Source: Balanoglossus misakiensis
Lineage: Eukaryota; Animalia; Hemichordata
Length of the DNA stretch: 64,000 nucleotides
Direction: 5' to 3'
Assembly: GCA_040954595.2 (NCBI GenBank)
Contig: CM082597.2
Location: 9,889,778 to 9,953,777, forward strand
Shown: positions 35,501 through 47,400 of the stretch, one piece after another
How positions within the stretch are numbered: the stretch's first letter is position 1
Layout of the letters: each line of letters begins with the position of its first letter
Notes under the pieces: generated by a model
Told to the model about the DNA's origin: nothing
Databases searched by the model: none
What the model saw: the letters and a program-made list of their open reading frames with translations, nothing else
Position numbers and translations under genes: made by a program

Positions 35501-37315
35501 AGCACAGAGACTGCCCTTCTGCGTGTGCATAATGACATCATGCTCACTCTCAACGAAAAGAAAGATGTTCTCCTTGTCATGTTGGACTTGTCTGCTGCCT
35601 TCGATACGGTGGACCATGATATACTCCTTCACAGACTTCAATTCCGTTTTGGCATCACTGGTAAAGCTTTATCATGGTTCAGATCCTATCTCAGCAATCG
35701 TAATCAGCGTGTAAAGATCGGTTCATTTACATCATCCAGTTCAAATATGACATATGGCGTCCCCCAAGGTTCTGTTTTGGGACCGATTCTCTTCACACTG
35801 TATACAGCGCCTCTTGAAGACATCATTGTCAAGCATGACTTCAACTACATGTTGTATGCCGATGACTCGCAGATTTATGTTGTGTGCAAGAGACCTGATG
35901 AAGTTCAAGTTCCTCTTGAGATATGCGTAGACGAAATTCGCAGGTGGATGAGATCCAATATGTTGATTCTTAATGACAATAAGACAGATGTGATTCAGTT
36001 TTCGTCACGTCTGAGATCAGAGCGGTGAAAATTTCCAGCCTTAGGATAGGCGAGTTTGATATAGCCCCGTCGACTTCAGTTCGCAATCTTGGTGTTAAGC
36101 TCAACAACGACGGTTCCGCTTCTGATCATATTAGTCATGTCTGCAGGAAAGGTTTCTATGCACTATCTAGAATTGGCAAGATCCGCCCATTATTGGACAA
36201 ACATACAACGGAAAAGATGGTCCATGCATTCATTACATCTCAGCTTGATTATTGTAATAGTCTCCTGTATGGTATTAATAAGGCTCAGCTGGATCGCCTA
36301 CAATCGCTTCAAAATGCTGCGGCTCGTCTCGTCTCCCGGACTCGGAAGTTCGATCACATCACACCTGTTCTCATTGATCTGCACTGGCTGCCGGTTGATG
36401 CTCGCATCAAATTCAAAATTTTGTTAACTACAACCTATAAAATCATTCATCGCTTTGCACCACTGTATTTAATCGATTTGCTTGAAATTTACACCCCTGT
36501 CAGAGATCTCAGATCAGCTGACTCTTTGCGGTTGGTGCCACCTCGTGGAAAGGCATATGGGCAGAGAGCATTCTCTGTTTGTGCACCTGCTCTGTGGAAT
36601 TCGCTGCCGCCTGTGATTCGCAACGCCAGATCTGTTGACTGTTTTAAACGCCGTTTAAAAACTCATCTTTTCAATCATATTTGTGATCGAATTTTTTAGG
36701 ATAATCTTCTGTATGTTTTTTAGACGGACTTTTAATTGGGAATTTTAACTGAGACTTTTTAATTTTTCTGCTGCTTTTATGATTCTTTTATTACCGTCTT
36801 TTGTAACTCGCACTGAGACGTATGTGTAGTGCGTGTAAGAAATAAATATTATTATTATTATCTATCACTCCAGTTACAACAGCACGAAATCTGGGAGTTG
36901 TCTTTGATAGTATCCATATGTACAATGTATAACCAGCACATTAAGAATACCTACAAGTCCATCTGTTTTCATCTTCGACGCATCGGATCAATACGTCAGT
37001 ACCTGTCTTCTTAGGATTGTTGTACTTTAATTCATGCAGTTCTTTCAACCAAACTTGATTTCTGCAATTCGTTACTGTTTGGTTTTCCTCAATCTGCAAT
37101 TAATCTACTTCAGCGCTCGCAAAATACAGCAGCAAGAATCATCACCCGGTCGAAGAAGTTTGAACATGTCACTCCCGCTCTCATCTCTCTGCATTGGCTA
37201 CCAGTTTGTGCCAGGATTAAGTACAAGATCTTGCTTCTTACATATAAGGCCATTCATGGCCTTACCCCGGAGTACATTGCTGACATGGTTAATCGATATA
37301 CCCTTTCACACAGCT
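32580..37315 (+). pseudogene. Decayed CR1-group (L2-like) LINE ORF2, split by a younger LINE
   Basis: APE motifs LAITETWL, VYRPP, VGDFN, LDLI and SD; RT motifs NYRLVSNLPFLSKVLEK and YADD. After 36861 it resumes SITPVTTARNLGVVFD...LHWLPV. Stops and frameshifts present. Confidence 0.9.
34779..36860 (+). mobile_element. Younger 5'-truncated L2-like LINE (RT and C-terminus, one frameshift near 36025)
   Basis: ORFs 34787-36028 and 36025-36699 with NYRPVSNL, DLSAAFDTV, GVPQGSVLGP, YADD and LHWLPV; 3' UTR ends aataaa(tat)n; no TSD. Confidence 0.93.
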
Positions 37316-37521
37316 TAATTAAGGTCTTGGCGCCATATAAATGTTTTTGATATAAATGTTTTGATTGATTTCAACTGATATTTTTTTTGTAAATAGGAAA
37401 GAATAGAATAATAGTTTAAATATAGATTTCAATTAATTTCTCGATATGATCCAATATGGCCACCGCCATTTTTTGGGGTGAATTTTTATGTCCAGAGCTA
37501 TTTCTCAAGCATGATTCAACT

Positions 37522-37666
37522 TAGTGTTCTCCTCAGGATTTTGGGAAAGCATGGCAGCTAATTTGCCTCTCAATATAATCTATTGTTATGTTAATTAAGT
37601 TCTATTGTCTTCTCAAAATTAAATAGTGGTGGCCATCATGCTTTAATTGCTCTGGGGAGAACACTG
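37522..37666. mobile_element. hAT MITE with 8-bp TSD
   Basis: attcaact|tagtgttctcc ... ggagaacactg|attcaact. Confidence 0.85.
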
Positions 37667-37856
37667 ATTCAACTGACTTCATTCAGTCATTCACTCTCTC
37701 ACTATAATTGCAGCATACTCTGATAATGTACATGTGGACCATCATACCATCGGAAAAGTACTCTGAAAGAAACATTGTCGTAGCTGTGCGGCCATTGGAG
37801 ACCCATTTGGACTGATATCAGATATTCCACTATGACTTCTTTCAGTGTTCTCTTAA

Positions 37857-40310
37857 CCCTTTCACCACCATTGTTCTGTCCAAACCAAGGTGGTGTGTGT
37901 CACGCGCAAAGCACCATGGGAGTTCCAACTCGAGTAAGCGTTCATTTGACTTCCGGCTGGCCTCGAGTACACATGTTAGCAATGTCTGGACGATCACTTT
38001 CTTTGAACTTTTTACGTAGGATAATTTCTATTTTTGTGACACTGGACATTTAGTTGTGCACAGATATTTTCGGCTCGCTTGACGTTTTTAACCGTCTATT
38101 CGGATCGATGTACTGGCCGCGGGGCTATGCGCATACGCCGACAGGGCGTAGCTGCATGATGGCCGCCGAGCGTGAAAAGCTTTACCGTAGGCCAACATAC
38201 CATTGCAGCTTTTATATTCGTTCTATTACAACTCAGTTTTCTTCTCAAATATGTACAGTATTTTTTTTAAATCCCACACCACTGACCAAACCGCAAATAA
38301 ACGAAAACCAGAAGACTTTTTTACTTTACGCACAATGAGTACAAGAAACCTACATGCATGTTTGTAAATATGTGGTTAGTTACGCAAGTCAAACGGCGCG
38401 TGTCCTTAACTACCACATAAAAAATCGTATGTAAGTGCTTGAAAGAAAATTTTACTGCCACTGGAATGGTACCGAAGCGAGCATAATGTCGTTGGTCTTT
38501 TTCAGGAACGTGTTGACTGTAATAGGGTTATTCTTAAATTTAGTATTACAGTAAGTTGCGATCACCACGGCCTTCACATACAGATAGGGATGTGTTAGGT
38601 GCCTATGAGATAGTACAGTTTCTAAATACGGTGAAATCGATAAAATAAAAGGGGCGCTTTGGGGCTCATGCAATTTCACACACATTACATATTAGGGACC
38701 CTTCAGTTTTTACGGCCGGGGGGGGGGGGGGGGGGGGGTCAATTAAATTTTGAAGTCCACAAAGGGGGGGGGGGGGTCATCTGGCTTTTTTAAACGTTTA
38801 GGGGGGGGGGGGTCACATACTTTTGCCACCGAACTTTTGCTTTTGAGTCCACAAAATTGCAGTTTCGCACCCTTTATTTTACAAAATTTTCTAATGTGGG
38901 AGGGGGACACCCACCCCCTTCATTCTCCGCCACATTTCATTTTTTGCTGGTTTGTCTAGTGTACCAGGGCAGAGTGCTTGCCACCCCAACCCCACCGATG
39001 ATAATATTTAACAAAGTGAATACATAAAGGAGAATAATTGTTTAAACCATTTTGCATAACTGATAGTTTTGCACTGCATCTTCTATGTACTAGAAATTTT
39101 ATAAATGATGTCATGACAAGATGACGCCAAATCTTCTAACTGTGAGTGGAGTGGCAAAACGTAAAATTGGTCCTCCCAAACATTGAGATAATTTGCTTTT
39201 GAGTTCATTAAAATGCAACTTTGCGCTACATATTTTACAAAATTTTCTTATGTGGGAGGGGGACACCCCCTCCCACACCCAACCCCTCCATTCTTCGCCA
39301 CATTGCATTTATTCACTGGTTTGTCTACTGTACCAGGGAAGACTTCTTGCCACCCCACCCCCGATGCTTACTTTCAGTGCAGTGGCAAAATTAAAATTTG
39401 TCCTCCCTAACATTGAGTTAATTTGCTTTTGAGTTCATTAAATTGCAACTTTGAGCACCGTATTGTACAACATTTTCTTATGTGGGAGGGGGACACCCCC
39501 TCCCACGCCCATCCCTGCCACTTTTCTTGTTTTACAAATTCTAGCAACTTTTGTATTGACTTGTCATTTTAATTTGTTCATAGATTTCTTTATTGCAATG
39601 ATATACTATTATATACTTCAATAATACTTTAAGAAATATATAATTGAGGTGTGAGGAGCCTCATTCCCTTTATTGCATACAGTGTACATAGGATCAGGAC
39701 GGCGAATGTTTTGGGCGTGGGGGGGGGGGGTCATCATATTTTAGGGTCTGTCAAAGGGGGGGTCATCATTTTTTGGTCCTGGGTGAAGGGGGGGGGGGGT
39801 CGGCCTGATTTTGAGAACCGATGACACAAACTTGCCGCCCCCCCCCCCCTGCCGTAAAAACTGAACAGTCCCTTAGTCTTTCAAAATATACAAATAACAA
39901 AGCTGTGCGACCACTGTTTAGTTTGCCTGCTAACTTCAAACTACGTCGCCCGAGTACGATCGTTGGCAACAGTACGCCATGATGCCAGCTGACATACGGA
40001 GTAAATAAACACCAAAAAATCGCGACTCGGAACAAAATCGATAGTACTTTCCTCACAGAATGATGCTAACATACATGAACTTATAAAAATTCGATTGGTT
40101 TTTCGTTCGAACGGAGTTTCCTTTACATAACCTATGAGAACACAAGTCGATTGCGCACAGAAAGCTACACGCGTGACACAGCTAGGTTGACCATGTTTTG
40201 CTGACTAAGAGCGGGTTAAACCGGAAGTGACGTCATGACACACACCACACACACTACCTGGTTTTCTATGGTAAGGTTGGACCTCTATAGAAGGAAATCG
40301 GGTGAAAGGG
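37857..40310. mobile_element. piggyBac-type non-autonomous element
   Basis: TTAA|ccctttcacc ... ggtgaaaggg|TTAA. Confidence 0.85.
38695..39872. mobile_element. PIF/Harbinger-type non-autonomous element nested in the piggyBac element
   Basis: TTA|gggacccttcagtttttacggc ... gccgtaaaaactgaacagtccc|TTA; poly-G subtermini and internal tandem subrepeats. Confidence 0.85.
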
Positions 40311-40441
40311 TTAATCTATTGGTCCATCTGGAAAAAAAGTCATTGACATTATGACTTGTTTCTACTTGTTTGTCAGACTTGGCAATTAGCTTACTTTAAA
40401 TAGTAATGACCTGATTTCATATCGTATTTCTTTTTTGGTAG

Positions 40442-40571
40442 GGTGTGCGATATCCAAAGAATACATACATTTATTTACAAGATTTAATAGCAAAACGGTT
40501 GAACAATCCAATGGTAGAACTGTATCAGAAACGATTTCCATACTACAACCTTAAAGAAGATCCAGACAGAG
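40442..40571 (+). CDS. HYOU1: HYOU1 coding exon 4
   Basis: ttggtag|GGT...AGA G|gtaaga; [43 protein letters not shown]; 130 nt. Confidence 0.93.
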
Positions 40572-40779
40572 GTAAGAATACTATGCCAAGTGTCATGTTT
40601 TAAAAACAGGTCAACAGTCGGGAGGAATGCATGCATAAACAATTAATAAAATGGCCAACTTATCTACATGTAGTCTTAAAGGGACAAAGTCTTTTTTATG
40701 CAAAAATCCATTAAATATTTACTCAAAATCAATAAGTTACTCATAGGGTTAGCACACTTGGCTTGAAGAATACTGTTAA

Positions 40780-41453
40780 GGTGTTACGCACCTAAATTTT
40801 AAATATTGTTGGATTGCTCCATGATGATAGAACATGATACCAGAATGTCAACCATCAAATTTTCAAGTGGCAGCACCCTATATGTTCCAGAAACTGTGGT
40901 ATTCTTCGATATCAAATGACGTCAGACGCACTCAGGTGGCAGTTACGTTCGCATTCAAATTTCCAGATGACAGGCAACTTCAGCAACGTGGACTGGTCAG
41001 AGTTTAGAAGTCCACAAATTCAGACTCGACATTACATGTAGCAAGTTTGACTGCTTTGGCTTTGATGCACTCATGATCCTCAAACCGACTTTAAATCGTT
41101 GAGTCTGACGCAAAATACGAGTTCTCACCAGCAACAACAATATGTTGAGGTTGATGTCGATGTTGACGATTATATTGGATTTCTGTCAAAAAAAGTCCCT
41201 TTTTGCTCCGAAATTTAGGGTGCATGCTGTATCGCAAAATTTCCTTAAAAAAAATAGTTTACGGTATTTCATGAAGAAATTTTCAGTCCGATAAAAAAGA
41301 CATACAAAACTCTTGTGGACGACAAGTACGTCGTCACGTGAGCGAAAATCATAATTATGTAAACACATTTGTCCACATTTGACCTTTTACACTTTTCAAA
41401 ATGATGCGCTGAATGATGCGCAAAGCTACAAACTAATCGAGGCACGATATACC
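40780..41453. mobile_element. Older TTAA-flanked element (Kolobok-like)
   Basis: TTAA|ggtgttacgcacct ... aggcacgatatacc|TTAA, imperfect TIR. Confidence 0.5.
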
Positions 41454-43275
41454 TTAACTGTGTTTTGCTCTTTTATGCTAAGACTGAGTTTGCGTCTGGC
41501 TGTACAGGCGATTTCAACCAGCAACCATTTTGCACCCAGCTCGTAAAATCAGACTGACTTTAAACATTAGTATGTGTCGATTATTTAAAAATTCCATGGA
41601 GAGGAAGTTTGTGGCCCTGCTGTAATTTCACTTGGACATGTTTTAGACTGGGACATGTAGGCCTACACAAATCATGTCGTACTATGCAAATTGTAATGAC
41701 CAAGGCTTACAAGCTAAAAACTACATGAACACGTAACTTTGCAACATTTACGCACAGAAATGTTGCAATTTTCACTCAGGCAACATAACAGAAAAAAGCT
41801 TAATCTACTAGTCGCTAAAATAAAGGTGTACTGGTGTACATGTCTATCATTATCTTTGCGTAATTATGGTCAGAAAAGCATGAACTCTCAGGGTTTTGCG
41901 TTAACGGAATCACTTACCAGGGCGTCACTAGGATGTGTCCACTCACAGCAGGCTGAGACCAGGGTTGGCCACAGACACCCCTTTTCGACTGTGACACAAA
42001 ATCATCTGGACAATGGCTGGCCAGACCCGTTCACAACTGTGTTTCTGCTCGGCCACGTACCTGGCTAGAACAAGGGCCTAGCCTGTTTGAGCAATGTGAA
42101 CGGCCTAAGTGATTAAAGTGTGTAGATGCTGAGGCTCAATGGGTTGCCGAGAGGTGTTAATCCTTACACCGGCTCAGGTCTGGGCGGCAAAGCCGTCACA
42201 AATCTAAGCCGTTTCAGAACCACTATACACTGTCCACACATTTTTTTTTCTGAGACGCTTCAGAACCATCTTAATGGTGTGTGTGTGACCCCCATAAGTG
42301 ACAAGGATTTAATCTCTTCATTACCATCTTCTGACTATATCCCTCATAGGGGTAGGCAAACATTTGTGTATAGACATCATTACTGTTACATTCCCTCAAC
42401 CTGTTATACTGACTCAATGGTTCAGCAGAATTCTTTGCCACTCAGGAAGGTTATTGCATATTAGCTTATATTATATGCAACTTTTGACAACCAGTCAATC
42501 ACACAGCGCCCTCGACAGTCGCCCTAACTCAAACAACAGGAAACGAAAGAAATCCGTAGTCTGGTGGGGCGAGAATGGATGATTACAGAAACATCTGTAT
42601 TGGTCAACTTACCATACAGTGTAAGCTGGTTGATTGCAGAGTACCCATAGGAACCATACACAATCAGCTAGTTGCTGCAGCAAACGAACAGCACTGCAGA
42701 CTGATTACCGTAATCACTCCATCAGTTCGACCAGAAAAAAATAAATATGATTTGTGAAAAGCCAAACTAATAGAATAAAAATAACATAAAACAAAAATGG
42801 CCACTCAAAGTGCTTGAATAATTTTTCAGGGGGCACGTTTGCATGGCATGAACTGTATGCACTATCAGCATGTAGTTTAGGTGATATTTATGATAGAATT
42901 GAACTGTTTAAGGTCACACAGAATAAAATCAGTGAGTTCTGAATACCTTGGAAGGTTTAAGTTGCAGATATCTTCATGAAAAATACACAATATCAACACA
43001 TGCATTTAATCAGTGGTCAAACAATTGAAGGTTATAAAATAATTCATTTTCCAAAGAATAGTGGGTGGTTGAATTAATGGAGCGGTTGAATTAATAGACT
43101 GATTACGGCCTAGATTTATGTAGCTGCCATCTTTTCATTAGAAAGTGAAAAAAAAGTAGGATTATTATCGACTTGTAAAGATTTAACTGATGTTAAATAT
43201 GTAAGTGATATAAAGCATTGTCAAAGAAATGTGTCAGTGACTCATGTAAATCAATGGTACATTTTGTCTTTAAAG

Positions 43276-43374
43276 GTACAGTGGTTTTTCAACATGATGA
43301 TGCTACATATTCACCAGAGGAGCTTCTTGGAATGATAATGAATAGATCAAGAGAAGACGCACAGGATTTTGCTG
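43276..43374 (+). CDS. HYOU1: HYOU1 coding exon 5
   Basis: ttaaag|GT ACA...GCT G|gtatgt; (G)TVVFQHDDATYSPEELLGMIMNRSREDAQDFA with the Hsp70 SPEE motif; 99 nt. Confidence 0.94.
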
Positions 43375-43519
43375 GTATGTTTATACAGTAATATTTTTGA
43401 CAATGTAATTATGTTTATTCAGTAATGTAGGCTACTGGCCTTTGTTTTACATGACATAGTGATTACATTATCTATGTGGGGCCAATCCATATACTTTTTC
43501 ACTGAGTATGTACATCAAC

Positions 43520-44340
43520 GCTTTCGAGTCGTTTCGGCACCGCGGAGTTTCGGCCCCAGTCACTTCGGCACCCAATTTTCACGACCCCGGTCTGTACGGC
43601 CCCGACACCCCAGTCGTTTCGGTACTTATCGGTAGCCTTAAGTAAAATTGAATAAAACGTATGTATTTTTCCTGAGACTGTTATAAAAGTAATAGTGGTA
43701 ACCCTAGCAAAAGTAAAATTCAAGCAGACGGGACTAGGAAAATGCAAATTCATAGCAGCGATTAACACAATCGATGGCATGTTTTATCGGTCATTATGCA
43801 AATACATCTTTATTGGTCATTATGCAAATACATCTGTATAGCTCCACAAAGCAGGTCGCGCCGACAAAGCACTGAGTCGCGCCACACTATATGCCATTCT
43901 ACCCGGTTGCAATGCTGTTTAGTTTTCTCACTTTAAGTTAAACTTGTATTCGTATGGAAGAAATAAAAATTTCGTATAACATATTGCTTTAAATGTACGT
44001 GCTGTAACCTAGGCCACAAACTTGGCACGCGTCGGGACTATAATTTATGCACGCAGAACCATTAGATGATGTTTACCTATTTCATTAGCTACATTAAAAT
44101 GATACTGTACAGGAAGCGAGAACTAATTCAACTTGTTACTTATCTGAAAGACTGTGGCGCCTGATGATACCCTTTTAATACGGGTATATACCCGGGGGAC
44201 CTACAGCCAAGTTTAGTTGGGCCATTACAGATAAGTACCGAAACGACTGGGGTGTCGGGGCCGAACAGACCGGGGTCGTGAAAATTGGGTGCCGAAGTGA
44301 CTGGGGCCGAAACTCCGCGGTGCCGAAACGACCTGTTACC
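43520..44340. mobile_element. MULE-like element with ~105-bp subrepeated TIRs and 8-bp TSD
   Basis: acatcaac|gctttcgagtcgtttcggcacc ... ggtgccgaaacgacctgttacc|acatcaac. Confidence 0.88.
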
Positions 44341-44421
44341 ACATCAACTGTAGTTTGGACTTTTGAAGCTCAAAACTGTAAAAAAATATGCTTTGAGAGA
44401 TTGATTTGAGTATGTGCGTTT

Positions 44422-47400
44422 TTACATATAATCCCATGATATCTTTACGGGCCCAAGCCAAGCCAGGCTTGGGCCCGTATTGGTTTCGTTGGAATTTTTT
44501 ACGGGCCCAAGCCAAGCCAGGCTTGGGCCCGTATTGGTTTCGTTGGAATTTTTAGGGCCCAAGCGCAAGCAAGCGCTTGGGCCCTATTGGTTTCGTTGGG
44601 GTTTTTCTTTCTTTCTTTCTTTCTTTCTTTTTTCTTGTGTCAATTCTTCGGCCAACTAAATCTCTGAAACTACTGCAGGTACACTGCTCAAACTTGCTAC
44701 AGTGGTCAAGGTCTATGAGTAGATGTGCAGTGACTTGTGAATACTTAATTAGTCATGTGACCTGGCGGCCATATTGGATTTTCTGAAAAAAATCAAATCT
44801 CAGATCTCAGAAACTACAAGTCAGATCGACTTCAAATTTGGCATGCAGGTAGACTACCTTCTACCCATCATTTTTGTAATTGGAAATTTTGCTGTCAATG
44901 TTGCAGTTTTTTTGCTACAATTTTTTTTATGAAATCTGGCTTAAATTTCAAAAATCTTCTACTCCAGAACCGGTGATAACCGAGACACGGGGTTTGGGGT
45001 ATGTGGTCACCTAACTGATGTCTATCAAGTTTGCGAAGATCATTGTGATTGTGATTGCGAAGATTATGGCGGCCATATTGGATTTTCGAAAAACCATAGT
45101 TAAACTCCAAAAATCTTCTTCTCCAGAACGGGCGATAACTGAGTTGCAAGATTCGGGGAGTATGGTCACTACACTAATGTCTATCAAGTTTGCAAAGAGC
45201 ATTGTGATTGGTCGAAGATTATGGCGGCCATATTGGATTTTGTAAAAAGCAGTGAAAATTTGAAATTCCTTTTTCTAGTCTAAAAATTGATAGCATACAA
45301 ATTCTTTTTATGGATATCAATCGTCATGTGACTAAAATAGGTTACAATTTTTTGGCGATTTTTCACATGACCTTTGACCTACTTATCACGCGGTATTATT
45401 TCTGCATATCTAATTCCAGGCTAACCTATAGGTCTAGACGTTTGGTTTTTGATGAATGTGGATTAGTGTGTGATCAAAATATTTTGCTACTTTTCATGAC
45501 CCCTTTGACCTCTGCTGACCTCATTAAATGTGCGCATACCTAATTACAGATGAACCAATAGACCTAGAGGTTTGGTTTTTTTGGACATGGATTAGTATGG
45601 GGTCAAAATATTTTGCCCAAATGTTGGGTGACCTCGGGTGACCTTTGACCTAATTTTTGCATATCTCGACATCCACAGCAGATACAGCCTTGGCGTTTGG
45701 AGATATGGGGCCATAATGAAAAGCCAAAGTTTTGGGTCACCTGTGACACCTGCTTAACTCATTATTTATGTGCATACCTAATTCCGGGCTAACCAAAAGG
45801 GCTAGAGGTCTGGTTTTTGTTGGACATGGACTACTTTGGGTCAAAATTTTCTGCCCAAATTTTGGGTGACCTCAGATGACCTTTGACCTATTTTTGCATA
45901 TCTCGACATCCAAAGCAGGTACAGTCTGGGCATTTGGAGGTATGGGGCCATAATGAAAAGCCAAAGTTTTGGCTCACCTGTGACACCTGCTTTACGCATT
46001 ATTTATGTGCATACCTAATTCCGGGCTAACCAAAAGGGCTAGAGGTCTGGTTTTTGATGGACATGGACCACTATGGGTCAAAATTTTCTGCCCAAATTGT
46101 GGGTGACCTCTGGATGACCTTTGACCTACTTAACACTATATCAGCACCAAACATAGATATAACCTTGATATTTCATTTGCTAAAACACAGCATTATGTTT
46201 CTACTCATTAATTATGTGCATATCTAATAATCAGATCAGATAATAAAGCTTGGGCCCGGACAATGCTGCTTGCAGCTTTAATTAGGGCCCAAGCGCATAC
46301 CAGCGCTTGGGCCCTATTGGTTTCGTTGGGGTTTTTCTTTCTTTCTTTCTTTCTTTCTTTATTCTTGTGTCATTTCTTTGTCGCTCTAGATCTCAGACAC
46401 CGCTGCAGGTACACTTCTCAAACTTGCTACAGTGGTCAAGGTCAATGGGTAGTCGTGCATTGAACTCTTGAATTTTTAATTAGTCACGTGACATGGCGGC
46501 CATATTGGATTTTCTGAAAAAATGCAAATCTCAGATCTCAGAAACTACAAGTCAGATTTACTTCAGATTTGGTGTGCTGGTAGTGTACCTTCTGCCCATC
46601 ATTTTTGTAATTGGATATTTTGCTGTCAATGTTGCAGTTTTTTTGCTACAATTTTTTTTCTGAAATCTGGTCAAAATTTCAAAAATCTTCTTCTCCAGAA
46701 CTGGCGATAACCGAGTCACGCGGTTTGGGGTATGTGGTCACCAAACTGAGGTCTATCAAGTTTGCGAAGATCATTGTGATTGGTCGAAGATTATGGCGGC
46801 CATATTGGATTTTCGAAAAACCCTAGTAAAATTTCAAAAATCTTCTTCTCAAGAACCGGCGATAACTGAGTCACAAGATTTGGTGTGTGTGGTCATTAAA
46901 CAGATGTCTATCAAGTTTGCGAAGATGAATGTGATTGGTCAAAGATTATGGCGGCCATATTGGATTTTGTGAAAAACAATTAAAAAGTAAAAATTCCCTT
47001 TCTAGCCTAAAAATTGATAGCACAGAAATTCTTTTTATGGATATGAATCATCATATGCCAAGAATAAGCTGTAAATATTTTGGTAATTTTGGCAATGACC
47101 TTTGACCTACTTTTGACGCATCATTTTTCTGCATATCTAATTCCTGGCTAACCAATAGGGCTATAAGTTTGGTTTTTGATGTATGTGGATTTGTATGTGA
47201 TCAACAAATTTTGCTACTTTTCATGACCCCTTTGACCCCTGCTGACCTAATTAATTATGTGCATAGCTAATTACAGGCGAACCAATAGACCTAGAGGTTT
47301 TGTTTTTGTTGGACAGGAAAAGTATGGGGTCAAAATTTTTTACCCAAATGTTGGGTGACCTCTGGTGACCTTTGACGTACTTTCGCAAATCTCAGCATCC